A stretch of 64,000 nucleotides of DNA from an uncultured Candidatus Cloacimonadota bacterium (GTDB lineage Bacteria > Cloacimonadota > Cloacimonadia > Cloacimonadales > WRIO01). The notes beneath the pieces were generated by a model. That model was not told the DNA's origin. It ran no database searches and was given only the letters and a program-made list of their open reading frames with translations. The DNA lies in the NCBI GenBank assembly GCA_964573665.1, contig CAZNKI010000001.1:28583-92582 (forward strand). Direction: 5' to 3'. Within the stretch, counting starts at the first letter, position 1, and every line of letters starts with the position of its first letter. Shown here one piece after another: positions 25,531-35,912 of the stretch. Both the position numbers and the translations under genes were made by a program.

Positions 25531-25560
25531 ACTATATTTTTTAAATAATAAAAGCGTCAA
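25531..25560 (-). promoter_or_regulatory. Sigma-70-like promoter of the ferredoxin cluster
   Basis: Minus strand reads TTGACG (25560-25555), an 18-nt spacer, then TATAGT (25536-25531), about 30 nt upstream of the start codon. Confidence 0.4.
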
Positions 25561-25732
25561 GCCCTTTTTCTGAGTTTTTCTTAATTTTAACAGGCATGTA
25601 GTACCTATTAATTAAAGAGTGTGGAAGGCATGTTTACCATTCATATTTAAAAAAATGCCTTATTTCAGCGATCTTTCTGGTTTAAGCCTCATTTGCCTCC
25701 TCTTTCTATCCTGTAGAAAACTATTTTTAAAC

Positions 25733-25763
25733 AAATAAAAAACCAGGAATTTTAATCCTGGTT
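25733..25763 (-). terminator. Rho-independent terminator of hydF
   Basis: Minus strand reads AACCAGGA-loop-TCCTGGTT followed by TTTTATTT. Confidence 0.7.
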
Positions 25764-25788
25764 TTTAGTATTTCTAATGAATGATTTT

Positions 25789-26979
25789 TTATTTAAACAC
25801 TTTAATCACTCGATCAAAGACACCTTGAGTTTTGCTGATAATTAAGCCGTAATTTGTAATTGGAATTCCCAATCTTGTACATTCATTCATTCTTCGGCTC
25901 ATTTCACGGGATGAAATCATGCAAGCACCGCAGTGAATGACCAGTTTGAATTTATTAAGATCTTCAGGGAAGTCATAAGCATTTACAAATTCAAAGTTTA
26001 AGTCTTTATCCGTAAACTCCTTGAGGAATTTTGGGATTTTAAACCTGCCAATGTCATCACATTGAACGTGGTGCGAGCAGGCTTCTGCAATCAAAATTTG
26101 ATCTCCGTCTTGAAGGGTCTCAAGTTGTTTCATTCCTTCGATAAATGTTTTTAGTTCGCCTTTATAATTCGCCATAATCACAGAGAAAGTTGTCAGAGGA
26201 ATACGTTCTGGTATCATCGCATTTAATTCTTTGATTGCCTGAGAATCAGTGATCACTAGTTTGATCATGTCAGGATATTTATTAATAAGATCTGGGATTT
26301 CAGAAGGTTGTGCACTTATAGCAACAGCGTTTTGATCGAGAATTTCTCTAATGACCTGAACCTGAGGAAGGATGATTCGCCCTTTTGGCGCTGAAAGATC
26401 GATGGGAATGCTCAACAGGATTATATCATTTTTGTTGATCAGTCCATCGGTCATAGTGGATTTTTGTTCATATAGAATCTTTATCAGATCAATAAGCGCA
26501 TCTTTAACTTTTTCAGTATGTTCTGTATTTACAGAAGAAACATTAATAATGTTTAAATTCCATTTATCCAAGGCTTTTTTCATTTCAGTGGTATCATAAT
26601 TCAGATCAGATTTATTGAAAACAATAATCAGTGGTACTTTTTTATCAGTAATTTGTTGAATGAGATTTAGGTCAGTTTCATTGATCCCATTCTCATCAAA
26701 AAGAATGATAACAATGTCAGATTTCCACAGTTTTCTTTCAGTAGCTTTAATTCTTTGCAAACCGAGTTGAGTCGGATCATCATAACCTGCTGTATCATAA
26801 AAGGAAACTGGTCCGACAGGGATTAATTCGTAAACTTTTCCAACAGCATCCGTCGTCGTACCTGCCTGATCTGAGACGATAGAAATCGACTGTCCGATTA
26901 AAGCGTTAATGAATGAAGACTTACCAGTGTTAGTTTTGCCGATGATACTTACAATTGCTCTTTCACCTTTATGTGACAT
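25789..26979 (-). CDS. hydF: [FeFe]-hydrogenase maturation GTPase HydF
   Basis: G1 motif GKTNTGKSSFINALIG, plus the C-terminal cluster motif CSHH...(about 50 aa)...HCGAC. Confidence 0.85.
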   Translation of the reverse strand: MSHKGERAIVSIIGKTNTGKSSFINALIGQSISIVSDQAGTTTDAVGKVYELIPVGPVSFYDTAGYDDPTQLGLQRIKATERKLWKSDIVIILFDENGINETDLNLIQQITDKKVPLIIVFNKSDLNYDTTEMKKALDKWNLNIINVSSVNTEHTEKVKDALIDLIKILYEQKSTMTDGLINKNDIILLSIPIDLSAPKGRIILPQVQVIREILDQNAVAISAQPSEIPDLINKYPDMIKLVITDSQAIKELNAMIPERIPLTTFSVIMANYKGELKTFIEGMKQLETLQDGDQILIAEACSHHVQCDDIGRFKIPKFLKEFTDKDLNFEFVNAYDFPEDLNKFKLVIHCGACMISSREMSRRMNECTRLGIPITNYGLIISKTQGVFDRVIKVFK

Positions 26980-27029
26980 AATGACTCCTAAATGAATATT
27001 GCAATAGTTTTAAAAAAGAAAAAAATCAT

Positions 27030-27047
27030 ATGAATTTGTCAATTCAT
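27030..27047. promoter_or_regulatory. 18-bp palindrome ATGAATT-TGTC-AATTCAT in the hydF/hydA divergent region (candidate operator)
   Basis: A perfect 7-bp inverted repeat about 50 bp upstream of the hydF start. I could not assign a matching known consensus with confidence. Confidence 0.25.
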
Positions 27048-27564
27048 TTTTCAAGTATTATGTTTAATATAGTACTTTTCGAATCAAATGATTTTTATGA
27101 ATTAGATTCAAAAAAATATATATTTAAAAATTATTCATGTATTTCAAAAGAGTTAAATTTAAGAATATTAGATGCTATATTTTTCGATATGTATAAATAA
27201 AGAAAATTTTGACAAAACAAAAAAAGTGCTTTACAAAAAAATGCAAATAATGAAAAAAAGTGTTATCTCTGAAGTTTATAAAGTCTAAGGTGATAAACTA
27301 TGACTCATAAACCAATGGGCTAAATCCGAAAAGATTTAACCTCCCGTCGATGGAAAGGAGTAAACATGAATGCAGTAAACTCGGTAGATAAGCCGATTAG
27401 TGATTCAATAGTAAAGCACATCAAAGGCTATCAAAAAAACAGTATTTGTAAATTATGCTATTTATTCAATGATCAACGATAATGAATTTTGTCAAAATAA
27501 AGCAAAAATTTATGTTATCAGCCATCATCAATCATTTTTATGTATATTCAATTGAAGAAAAAAA

Positions 27565-27846
27565 ATGAACAATTTAGCAATTGAATGTGCATTGACGGCT
27601 AAAGAAAAATGTAAGACCTTATCATGGTTTGATAGAGTATTTCATTATACGAAGATTGCTGATTTTTTTGATTTTAAATCTCTTATCCAGAAACGAGATG
27701 ATTATATACAATTTCTAAGATCGAGAGTATTAGGAACTGATAAAGAAAAAAGCGGTTTTATAAATTTGATTCGATGGACAAATCCTCGAACCATCAAGGA
27801 AAATTTTTATGCTAATATAGAATGGTCTTATGATTATATGAAATAA
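27565..27846 (+). CDS. Hypothetical 93-aa protein upstream of hydA
   Basis: The ORF ends 20 nt before hydA. I found no recognisable motif. Confidence 0.4.
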   Translation: MNNLAIECALTAKEKCKTLSWFDRVFHYTKIADFFDFKSLIQKRDDYIQFLRSRVLGTDKEKSGFINLIRWTNPRTIKENFYANIEWSYDYMK

Positions 27847-27866
27847 AAAAATACATTGGAGAGAAC

Positions 27867-29648
27867 ATGAGTGACATGATTACAATTACAATTGATGGGA
27901 AAGTTATTGAGACTAAGTCAAGTAACACAATATTGCAAGCGGCAAAAGAGCATGGGATTTATATTCCTACGCTATGTTGGCATGAAGATTTAGCGCCAAC
28001 GTCAAACTGTGGGATTTGTGTAGTGTATGTGGACAAAAACACACAACCGAAGAGAGCATGCAGTACCCCAGTTTATCCAGGAATGAGTATTGTAAGCAAT
28101 AGCAAGGAATTACGATTATTCAGAAAAACATTACTTCAATTGTTTTTAGCGAATCATGACATTGATTGTCCTTCATGTAATGCAAATAATAAATGTGAAC
28201 TTCAAGAGTTATGCAACAATATGGGTGTAAAAATATTAGATGCGCCTGCCATTTATAAGAAAAAAGATTTAGATGAGAGTAGTATCGCTATAACAAGAGA
28301 TCCAAATAAATGTATCTCATGTGGACGCTGTGTAACCGTATGTAATGATGTGCAGGGAGTATCTGCTTTAACATTTGTTAATAGAGGTTTTGACGGTCAA
28401 GTGGATGTTGCTTTTTTAAATGGGTTAGGAAACAGTGCATGTATCAATTGTGGTCAATGTATCGTCTATTGCCCAACAGGTGCATTAAGTGAGCGTTCAC
28501 ATATTGATGAAGTATGGGAAGCCATTTATAATAATGACAAATATGTCATTGTTCAGGAAGCTCCAGCAATTCGTGCATCATTAGCCGATGAATTTGGCAT
28601 GAATATGGAAGACGTGACACCTGGAAAAATGTATGCAGCATTGAGAACCATAGGATTTGACGCTGTAATGGATACCAATTTTACAGCCGATTTAACGATT
28701 ATGGAAGAAGGAACTGAGCTTGTTGACCGAGTAAAGAAAAATCTGCCATTACCATTAATCACATCATGTTCACCAGGCTGGATCAAATATATGGAAACAT
28801 TCTATCCAGATTTAGCTCCTTACGTATCAACTGCAAAATCACCCATGTCCATGTTTGGCGTATTAAGTAAAACATATTATGCTCAGAAGAATAATATTGA
28901 TCCCGCAAAAATCGTATCTGTAGCGATCATGCCATGTACAGCGAAAAAATTTGAAGCGAATCGACCAGAATTAAGAGATTCTGGTTTTCAAGATACAGAC
29001 TATGTATTAACGACACGTGAGTTTATCAAATTAATCAAAGAAGCTGGTATTGATTTCAAGAATATTCAAGAGGAGCAAGCAGATCAAGGTATGAGTTTTT
29101 ATACTGGAGCTGGAACAATTTTTGGAGCTACAGGCGGGGTAATGGAAGCTGCAATTCGTTCAGCATTTACACTAATCACTGGAGATGAATTACAAGAAGT
29201 TGACATTAAAGTTGTCAGAGGGTTGGAAGGCATCAAAGAAGGAACTGTTGATATCCCAGGATTTGGATTGTTAAAAGTTGCTGTTGCGCACGGAACAAGT
29301 AATGCTCAGAAATTGATGGATAAAGTCAGAGCACAAATCAGTGAAACAGGTAAGTCAGAATATCATTTTATTGAGGTCATGGCATGTCCTGGCGGATGTG
29401 TGGGCGGAGGTGGCCAACCTTATGGTAACAGCTTAAGTAAGAGAGTAAAACGTGCTAATGCATTATATAAAGAAGATCAAAATATGAAGATCAGAAAATC
29501 ACATCACAATCCAGAAGTAGTAAAGATATATGAAGAATTTTTAGGTTCACCGAATTCACCATTAGCTCAGAAATTGTTACATACACATTATTTTGAGCGA
29601 TCACAGATTAATGGTCAAGTGGTGAAGGAAGTGACCCATAAGCATTAA
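27867..29648 (+). CDS. hydA: Monomeric [FeFe]-hydrogenase (clostridial-type, with N-terminal 2Fe-2S and accessory 4Fe-4S domains)
   Basis: H-cluster motifs TSCSPGW, MPCTAKKFE and EVMACPGGCVGGGGQP. The N-terminal region has CGICVV, HDIDCPSCNANNKC, CISCGRCVTVC and CINCGQCIVYCP. SD GGAGAG lies upstream. Confidence 0.9.
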   Translation: MSDMITITIDGKVIETKSSNTILQAAKEHGIYIPTLCWHEDLAPTSNCGICVVYVDKNTQPKRACSTPVYPGMSIVSNSKELRLFRKTLLQLFLANHDIDCPSCNANNKCELQELCNNMGVKILDAPAIYKKKDLDESSIAITRDPNKCISCGRCVTVCNDVQGVSALTFVNRGFDGQVDVAFLNGLGNSACINCGQCIVYCPTGALSERSHIDEVWEAIYNNDKYVIVQEAPAIRASLADEFGMNMEDVTPGKMYAALRTIGFDAVMDTNFTADLTIMEEGTELVDRVKKNLPLPLITSCSPGWIKYMETFYPDLAPYVSTAKSPMSMFGVLSKTYYAQKNNIDPAKIVSVAIMPCTAKKFEANRPELRDSGFQDTDYVLTTREFIKLIKEAGIDFKNIQEEQADQGMSFYTGAGTIFGATGGVMEAAIRSAFTLITGDELQEVDIKVVRGLEGIKEGTVDIPGFGLLKVAVAHGTSNAQKLMDKVRAQISETGKSEYHFIEVMACPGGCVGGGGQPYGNSLSKRVKRANALYKEDQNMKIRKSHHNPEVVKIYEEFLGSPNSPLAQKLLHTHYFERSQINGQVVKEVTHKH

Positions 29649-29680
29649 AAATGGTGTGTAAATCACCATGTATCCTCAAA

Positions 29681-29710
29681 GGGGAGTGGAACAGCCACTC
29701 CCTTTTTTTT
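29681..29710 (+). terminator. Rho-independent terminator of hydA
   Basis: GGGAGTGG (29682-29689) pairs with CCACTCCC (29695-29702), followed by T8. Confidence 0.8.
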
Positions 29711-29760
29711 CTTGACACAATTTTATGTATTTGATAATTTTGTAAACAATAGGAGGACTT

Positions 29761-30036
29761 ATGAGTTTTTCATTTGTAAAGTTGATTCCATTTCTCACCA
29801 CAATCGTTGGTAGTTGGATGAAGAATAAAGATCATGATACACGAATTAAGAAATTTGATAATACAGCAGACAAAATTAATACGATTGAGAATTTAATCGT
29901 ACGATTAGAAAGAAAATTAAAAGAAACCCGCGAAGATCTTAGCGAACTTCATAAGCAGGTTCTCATCAGCCGAACAATAAATATTGTTTTAAGCAGTATC
30001 ATTATCATAGGTATGTTTTTGATGTATTACAAATAA
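29761..30036 (+). CDS. Small membrane-anchored coiled-coil protein (hypothetical)
   Basis: SD AGGAGG lies upstream. The protein has a hydrophobic N-terminus, a charged helical middle and a C-terminal TM (IVLSSIIIIGMFLMYY). Confidence 0.5.
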   Translation: MSFSFVKLIPFLTTIVGSWMKNKDHDTRIKKFDNTADKINTIENLIVRLERKLKETREDLSELHKQVLISRTINIVLSSIIIIGMFLMYYK

Positions 30037-30155
30037 TAAGACCAATTTTCGATTAAGACACAGGAGATGATCTCTTGTGTCTTTTCTTTTTTTAAAATAT
30101 TGATTTACTTTTTCCAAAAATTAGTGTATATATTATCTAAATAATAGGAGGAAGT

Positions 30156-31238
30156 ATGAGTAATCACCATAAAACAATTATAAAATTGATTTTTCTAATT
30201 TGCCTGATTGTACTTAACTCATGTTATAAAAAAGAAAAAGTAAAAATTGCAATTATGACCAAACTTGATTCTGGATCAATTGTCGGTACAAGTGAAGTGA
30301 ATGCCTCACGAATTTTTTTAAGTAATCATCCCGATCATAATATAGAAATTGTTGTATATGATGATCAGTGGAAAGCGGATCAAGCCGTAAAACAATTTGC
30401 CAAAATGAGAAAAGATGGGGTTGATCTTCTGATCACGAGTCATGTTTCCACATGTCTTGTCGCAATAAAAGATCAAATTAACGATGAAAAAGTTTTTACG
30501 ATGGTTACTGGCGCTGCCACAAATGAAATTACAAGACAAGATGATTATATTTTTAGAAATATTCTTGATGTAGCACAGGAACAAAAATATATAGCAAAAT
30601 ATATGAAGGAGAAATTTAAACAATTACTCATCATCAGAGATACAGATAATCCTGCTTATACAGAGCCTGCATTGAAATATTTCCTTGAAGAGTACGGTGC
30701 TGATCAAGTAGATGTTTATAATGTCAGTATTGATCATCTGAATATTGATCGGTTAAAAGAGGAAATTAAAGAGTATCATTATGAAAGTTTGTATCTTTTA
30801 GTTGGTGGTTATAAAGTAAAAGCAGGTGCAATTGCTCAATTAATCAGTCAGGTAAAGGGAGAACTTCCAATAATGTATACTCCTTGGATGAAATCACCCA
30901 CCTTATTAGAAACAGCAGGAAAAAGTATAGAACACAGCATTATTCCTTCTCCATATCCTCCAAATGGAATCAATAAAGCTATTGATGAATATGTCGCCTC
31001 CTATATCAAACTTTATGGCAATGCTCCTACTTATATAAGTCTTAATGTTTATCGAGCTTTAGAGGTATTTAATGAGTGTATTCGAAATAAGAAAACAAGT
31101 CCAGATCAGATCAAAAACTATATAAAAGAAAAGAAAGTATTTGAATCAGATTATGGAACAACACGTTTTGATGAATTTGGTGATACACAGTCTGAATTAT
31201 ATTTTATCACAGATATTCGAAAAGAGTTTAATAAATGA
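30156..31238 (+). CDS. Periplasmic-binding-protein lipoprotein (LivJ / Peripla_BP_6-like)
   Basis: Lipobox LNSC. KIAIMTKLDSGSIVG...IVVYDDQWKADQAV...YIFR follows the type-I PBP pattern. It overlaps the sensor kinase gene by 4 nt. Confidence 0.6.
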   Translation: MSNHHKTIIKLIFLICLIVLNSCYKKEKVKIAIMTKLDSGSIVGTSEVNASRIFLSNHPDHNIEIVVYDDQWKADQAVKQFAKMRKDGVDLLITSHVSTCLVAIKDQINDEKVFTMVTGAATNEITRQDDYIFRNILDVAQEQKYIAKYMKEKFKQLLIIRDTDNPAYTEPALKYFLEEYGADQVDVYNVSIDHLNIDRLKEEIKEYHYESLYLLVGGYKVKAGAIAQLISQVKGELPIMYTPWMKSPTLLETAGKSIEHSIIPSPYPPNGINKAIDEYVASYIKLYGNAPTYISLNVYRALEVFNECIRNKKTSPDQIKNYIKEKKVFESDYGTTRFDEFGDTQSELYFITDIRKEFNK

Positions 31239-33781
31239 GTTCTGCAAAACATGCTTTTATAAGGTTTGATATTTTATCTTTCTTTCTGATTATCTCGATT
31301 TTATTCTTTATTCTATATTATTTGCAAATAAATATAAAAAATGGTTTTATTCAAAGTCAGAAGATGGAGGTTAGAAAAATTGATACAATTTTTCAAAGTA
31401 TCTTAAATGAAAGAAACAGTGAGTTCAATTATTTTATCAGTAATGAGTCTGACCGACAAAATTTGTCATCATTTATGGATAATTTTTCTGATTTATACAT
31501 CATCAATGAGGAATATAAAATCAAAAAAATATTTAAGAAAGATGAAAATAGCCAGCTGTTCATTGGTTATGATTTTAGTAATAGTCAGTTGTTTTCATTT
31601 TTTAGAAATATATGGACTTTTACTCCGACATTTTCACCATTATATATGTCTGCAGAGAATGAGGGATTGAGTATCTATATTTCAGCAAAGTTAAAAAATG
31701 AGACTTATGTTGGAAGAATTGGCATAGATAAAATTAACCGGATCGTAAAATCTATTTCAGAATATGGCAATAATATAATAATTTTAGCCACCAAAGATGG
31801 ATATATAGTCAGTAGTACAAGTATCAATATCCCTTTTAGTATATTACCAGATTATGACCAGAATGAGATATTATTGGATCAACCTTATCTTTACACGCGT
31901 TTTAGATCTAACTTTTTGTCTAATGATATCGTGATGTTAACACCCATGTCAAAAGTATATTCGATTATTAAATCAATTCGAGACATTTATCCATTATTTT
32001 TTACATTAATTTTATTAATTTTTGCAATCAAGTTTATTGTTCAGTATGCTTTTATTTTTAAGCCCTTGAGTCGGTTTTATGACAAAATCAGGATGTGGGA
32101 TTCTACCAATTTTGCTGAAGTATCATTAAAAGAAGAAAGTAAAATTCTTGAGATAGAACTTCTTCAGGAAGTATTTCATCAAAAAGCGAGTCAAATCAGC
32201 CAATACATCAATGATGTTAATGAGAAGACAGAAGAGATTTTACATATTAAGCAATATTTAAAAAATATTATTGATTCGATGCCCTCAATTTTAATAACAA
32301 TCAGCTCTGAAGGAGTCATTCATGAGTGGAACGAAGCAGCAATTAAGTATTATAATATAAATGCTCAAGAAGCAATTGGTCAGGTGATATGGGATTTTTT
32401 ACCTTTATACAGGAAATATAAAGATATTGCAAGTCAGGTTTTAATCAACAAGCAATCAATTGAGTACAAAAAAGAGATATTTAGAATGAACGAGGATCGC
32501 TATATGAATGTGACATTGTTTCCTTTAGCAGAGAATGGTAACAGAGGAATCGCATTGCGTCTTGAGGATGTCACTCAGCTGGAAAAAGCAGAAAGTATGC
32601 TTCGTCAATCTCAAAAAATGGATTCCTTAGGAATGCTCGCAGGGGGTATTTCTCATGATTTTAATAATATTCTTGGTGGAATTATTGGAACCATCTCTAT
32701 GTTAAAAGTAAAAATGAAAAATACTGACGATCTCAATCGCTTAAGTGATACACTAAATGAATACATTCAGATGATCGATGATGCTTCTCATCGTGCATCA
32801 GAATTAGTAACACAATTATTAACAATTTCACGAAAACAAGAGCCGAGTAAAACATATTTTGATTTAAGAGAAGTTTTAATAAGGATAGAGAAGATATGCC
32901 GTAATACTTTTGACAAATCAATTGAAATTCAATTTGAAGTTCCAGAAACATTGTGTTTGGTTTATGCTGATGGTGGACAAATTGATCAGGTTCTATTAAA
33001 TGTATGCATCAATGCTAATCATGCGATGACGATTATGAAAAAAAATCAAGAGAGAAATGGAGGTTTGCTCAGAGTTCAATTAGATAAGACCTTAGCAGAT
33101 AAATCATTTCTCAAAAATCATTTGAAAGCTGAAGAACATACTTCCTATTGGAAGTTGAGTATTTTAGATACAGGAGTTGGTATATCTTCTGAGATTCTCA
33201 GTAAGATATTTGACCCATTCTTTACGACGAAAACAAAAGATAAGGGTAACGGATTAGGCTTGTCTATGGTATATAGTATTATAGAACAGCATAATGGATT
33301 TATTGATGTATATTCAGAAATAGATCAGGGAACATCAATAAACATTTATTTACCTGTACCCGTTAATCATGTATTAGATCATGAACAGATTACCGAGTCT
33401 GAAATTATTAAAGGTACAGGGATGATTTTAGTTGTGGATGATGAGCTGATGATCAGGCATACATACAAAGAAATGTTAGAGGAATGCGGATATCAGGTGA
33501 TATTGGCAGAAAATGGTTTTGAAGGGATAGATCAGTATGTAAAACACAAAGATGAAATTGTTTTAACTATATTAGATATGTCTATGCCAAGAAAGTCAGG
33601 GATGGAAACTTTTAGTGAGTTGAAACTGATAAAGTCAGATATCAAAGTATTAATGGCTTCAGGCTTCAGGCAGGATGAAAGAGTTATGTTGTCATTAACA
33701 TTAGGCGTGAGTGATTTTTTACAAAAACCCTTTACCATCAATCAGTTAAGCAAAATTGTCAGTGAAATAATCAATAGTTAA
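31235..33781 (+). CDS. Hybrid sensor histidine kinase (TM sensor region, PAS, HisKA, HATPase, C-terminal REC)
   Basis: H box GGISHDFNNILGGI, N box LLNVCINANHAM, G boxes DTGVGI and GNGLGLSMV, and REC ILVVDDE...LDMSMPRKSG. Confidence 0.85.
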   Translation: MSSAKHAFIRFDILSFFLIISILFFILYYLQINIKNGFIQSQKMEVRKIDTIFQSILNERNSEFNYFISNESDRQNLSSFMDNFSDLYIINEEYKIKKIFKKDENSQLFIGYDFSNSQLFSFFRNIWTFTPTFSPLYMSAENEGLSIYISAKLKNETYVGRIGIDKINRIVKSISEYGNNIIILATKDGYIVSSTSINIPFSILPDYDQNEILLDQPYLYTRFRSNFLSNDIVMLTPMSKVYSIIKSIRDIYPLFFTLILLIFAIKFIVQYAFIFKPLSRFYDKIRMWDSTNFAEVSLKEESKILEIELLQEVFHQKASQISQYINDVNEKTEEILHIKQYLKNIIDSMPSILITISSEGVIHEWNEAAIKYYNINAQEAIGQVIWDFLPLYRKYKDIASQVLINKQSIEYKKEIFRMNEDRYMNVTLFPLAENGNRGIALRLEDVTQLEKAESMLRQSQKMDSLGMLAGGISHDFNNILGGIIGTISMLKVKMKNTDDLNRLSDTLNEYIQMIDDASHRASELVTQLLTISRKQEPSKTYFDLREVLIRIEKICRNTFDKSIEIQFEVPETLCLVYADGGQIDQVLLNVCINANHAMTIMKKNQERNGGLLRVQLDKTLADKSFLKNHLKAEEHTSYWKLSILDTGVGISSEILSKIFDPFFTTKTKDKGNGLGLSMVYSIIEQHNGFIDVYSEIDQGTSINIYLPVPVNHVLDHEQITESEIIKGTGMILVVDDELMIRHTYKEMLEECGYQVILAENGFEGIDQYVKHKDEIVLTILDMSMPRKSGMETFSELKLIKSDIKVLMASGFRQDERVMLSLTLGVSDFLQKPFTINQLSKIVSEIINS

Positions 33782-34917
33782 TATTGCTCCAAAATTTCCA
33801 TATATATTTTCTGATTGAAGAAGAGGACTTCTTCAAGTGTAGGATTTGAAATATTTTGATAACGATCAATCGCTTTTTTAACAATATCATTAATTTGAGT
33901 ATAGTGAATCTGTTGATTTAAAAGAAGAGAGAGCGCCGCTTCATTAGCAGCATTGCAAATTGTAGGATAAATTCCACCGTGTTTGGATGCTTCCAGCGCC
34001 GTAAAGAAAAGAGGATATCTTTTGGGGCAGATTTCTTCAAAAGTAAGTGCAGAAAGATTTAAGAGGTTTGTTTTCACATTGTTTGAAGGAATATGTTTTG
34101 GATAAGAAAGCGCATAGAGAATGGGCAATTCCATACTTGGTGTACTTAACTGAGCTAAAATTGAACCATCAACAAATTCAATCATTGAATGAATGACCGA
34201 TTGTGGATGAATAATTGCATGAATTCTGTCATAATCGAGATTAAACAGCCAATGAGCTTCTATAACTTCTAATGCCTTGTTAAACATTGTCGAAGAATCA
34301 AGTGTGACCTTGGTTCCCATAGACCAAGTAGGATGTTTTAATGCATTCTCTAAAGTAATGCTTTTAAAATCTTCTAAAGGAAGACAACGAAATGGACCAC
34401 CTGATGCTGTTATATGAATACTTTTAATCTCCTCTGATGAGTGTCCGTACATACATTGAAAAATAGCACTATGTTCGCTATCTACAGGTAATATCATACT
34501 CTTTGATTTATCACAAATACTTTTAACAATATGACCTGCCATAACTAAAGATTCTTTATTGGCTAAAGCGAGAGATTTACCTCTTTTTATAATTTCAATC
34601 GTGTAGGGGAGACCAGCTGAACCACTTACAGCATTTAGGGCAATGTCATAATTTTCATTTCTGATCAGAGAAAGCAGTGATTCCTGACCAAAGAAAAACC
34701 GTATAGAAGGAAAATCATTAAGGTTGATGTTTGATGGAATTTTTCCTGTAATACAGACGATCGGAATCTTTAACTGAATAATCTCATTAATGCATAATTC
34801 AATGTTGTTGTGAACTGAAGCAAAGACAATTTTAAAATCATTCTGGTGATTCTTTACAATATTTATCGTTGACTGACCTATAGAACCGCTCAGTCCAAGT
34901 AATGCTATATTTTTCAA
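33778..34917 (-). CDS. dxr: 1-deoxy-D-xylulose-5-phosphate reductoisomerase
   Basis: N-terminal LGLSGSIGQST, LANKESLV, and ILPVDSEHSAIFQC. Confidence 0.9.
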   Translation of the reverse strand: MKNIALLGLSGSIGQSTINIVKNHQNDFKIVFASVHNNIELCINEIIQLKIPIVCITGKIPSNINLNDFPSIRFFFGQESLLSLIRNENYDIALNAVSGSAGLPYTIEIIKRGKSLALANKESLVMAGHIVKSICDKSKSMILPVDSEHSAIFQCMYGHSSEEIKSIHITASGGPFRCLPLEDFKSITLENALKHPTWSMGTKVTLDSSTMFNKALEVIEAHWLFNLDYDRIHAIIHPQSVIHSMIEFVDGSILAQLSTPSMELPILYALSYPKHIPSNNVKTNLLNLSALTFEEICPKRYPLFFTALEASKHGGIYPTICNAANEAALSLLLNQQIHYTQINDIVKKAIDRYQNISNPTLEEVLFFNQKIYMEILEQY

Positions 34918-34931
34918 AGTAACTCCGTTTA

Positions 34932-35912
34932 TTATAGATTTAAACCTACTGAGATTCGATGAGAATTATCTAATTCAGTATTTTTTTCAAAAGCATAATT
35001 TAACACAAACTTTTTAATGTTCACGGAAATTCCTGCATTAATTTTATCAATATCATAACCTGTATATAGATTAACATTATTAAAAGCTTCGATTTCAGCG
35101 CCTACATGCCAATCAAAGCTTAAAATACCCAAGGATGTCGTTGCACTCTCTTTCATTGATTCACTGTTGATTTCTGTATTGATGAAGAGATTGATATTTT
35201 TATTAATTTTTGGAATATTCAGTGAATAGAATGTTTCTAAATCCAGACCTGGATTAACTGTTTGATGAGTGCCGTTTTCATAGAAGATTTGTGTTGAAAA
35301 AAAATCTCTTAACCTACCTGCAATTCTAAACTTTTCACTATGCAGATAAGTTGCACTTAAATCAGCACCAAATCCATAAGCTGATTCTTCTGCGATATTT
35401 CTGAAAAGAATTTTCGGTGAAATTCCGATTAAGAAATGTTGATTTATTGACCTTCCAATGCCAAAGTACGCGATATAATCTGCATTATTTATGGTTTTAT
35501 ATGAAAACGGTCGATTATCGTTTGAAGGAATGGAGTCCGGATTGATAACTTTAGTTAAATGTATGTCATCAATGCCAATTCGTGTGATCACAAATCCAAT
35601 ATTGTTTTGATTACCAATATTAGATGAAAATATATCATATTGTAAGTTGCCACTGTACTCTTCTGCATGCATTAGTTCAAACTGATAATTTTTTTGAATT
35701 GCCAGTAATGATGCATTCCAATAAGCTTTTGAAGAGGATTCCAAATCAGTAAGTCCAGATCTTCCTAAAGCCATATTTCTCACTGAAGCTCCCATTTTGA
35801 AGATTTCACCAGCATATTTCTCAGCATTCAGTTGAGTCATAAAAAAAATCGTAAAGAATAATAATAGTGTAGTCTTTCTAAAAAAGTTAATAATTTTCAT
35901 CGTTTTTTTCAT
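34932..35912 (-). CDS. Putative outer-membrane beta-barrel protein (PorV/PorQ-like N-terminal motif)
   Basis: It has a signal peptide. GEIFKMGASVRNMALGRSGLTDLESSSKAYWNASLLA resembles the N-terminal motif of the PorV/PorQ/UPF0164 barrel family. The family assignment is uncertain. Confidence 0.45.
   Translation of the reverse strand: MKKTMKIINFFRKTTLLLFFTIFFMTQLNAEKYAGEIFKMGASVRNMALGRSGLTDLESSSKAYWNASLLAIQKNYQFELMHAEEYSGNLQYDIFSSNIGNQNNIGFVITRIGIDDIHLTKVINPDSIPSNDNRPFSYKTINNADYIAYFGIGRSINQHFLIGISPKILFRNIAEESAYGFGADLSATYLHSEKFRIAGRLRDFFSTQIFYENGTHQTVNPGLDLETFYSLNIPKINKNINLFINTEINSESMKESATTSLGILSFDWHVGAEIEAFNNVNLYTGYDIDKINAGISVNIKKFVLNYAFEKNTELDNSHRISVGLNL

Noticed and set aside
25696-25720. Shared motif CCTC..C.TCTTCTATCCTGTAGAAAA here and at 52657-52684 (17-nt exact match TTCTATCCTGTAGAAAA), with faint resemblance to a 16S 3' end
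   Set aside because: In 64 kb of AT-rich sequence searched on both strands, an exact 17-mer repeat is expected by chance at roughly the order of 0.2-1 occurrences. The orientation relative to the neighbouring genes differs, and the flanking similarity is weak. It is worth a genome-wide count but not supportable from this window.
33778-33781. Convergent sensor-kinase and dxr genes sharing a TTAA stop-stop overlap with no terminator between them
   Set aside because: This is real in the sequence but a common consequence of compact genomes, with no further signal to interpret.
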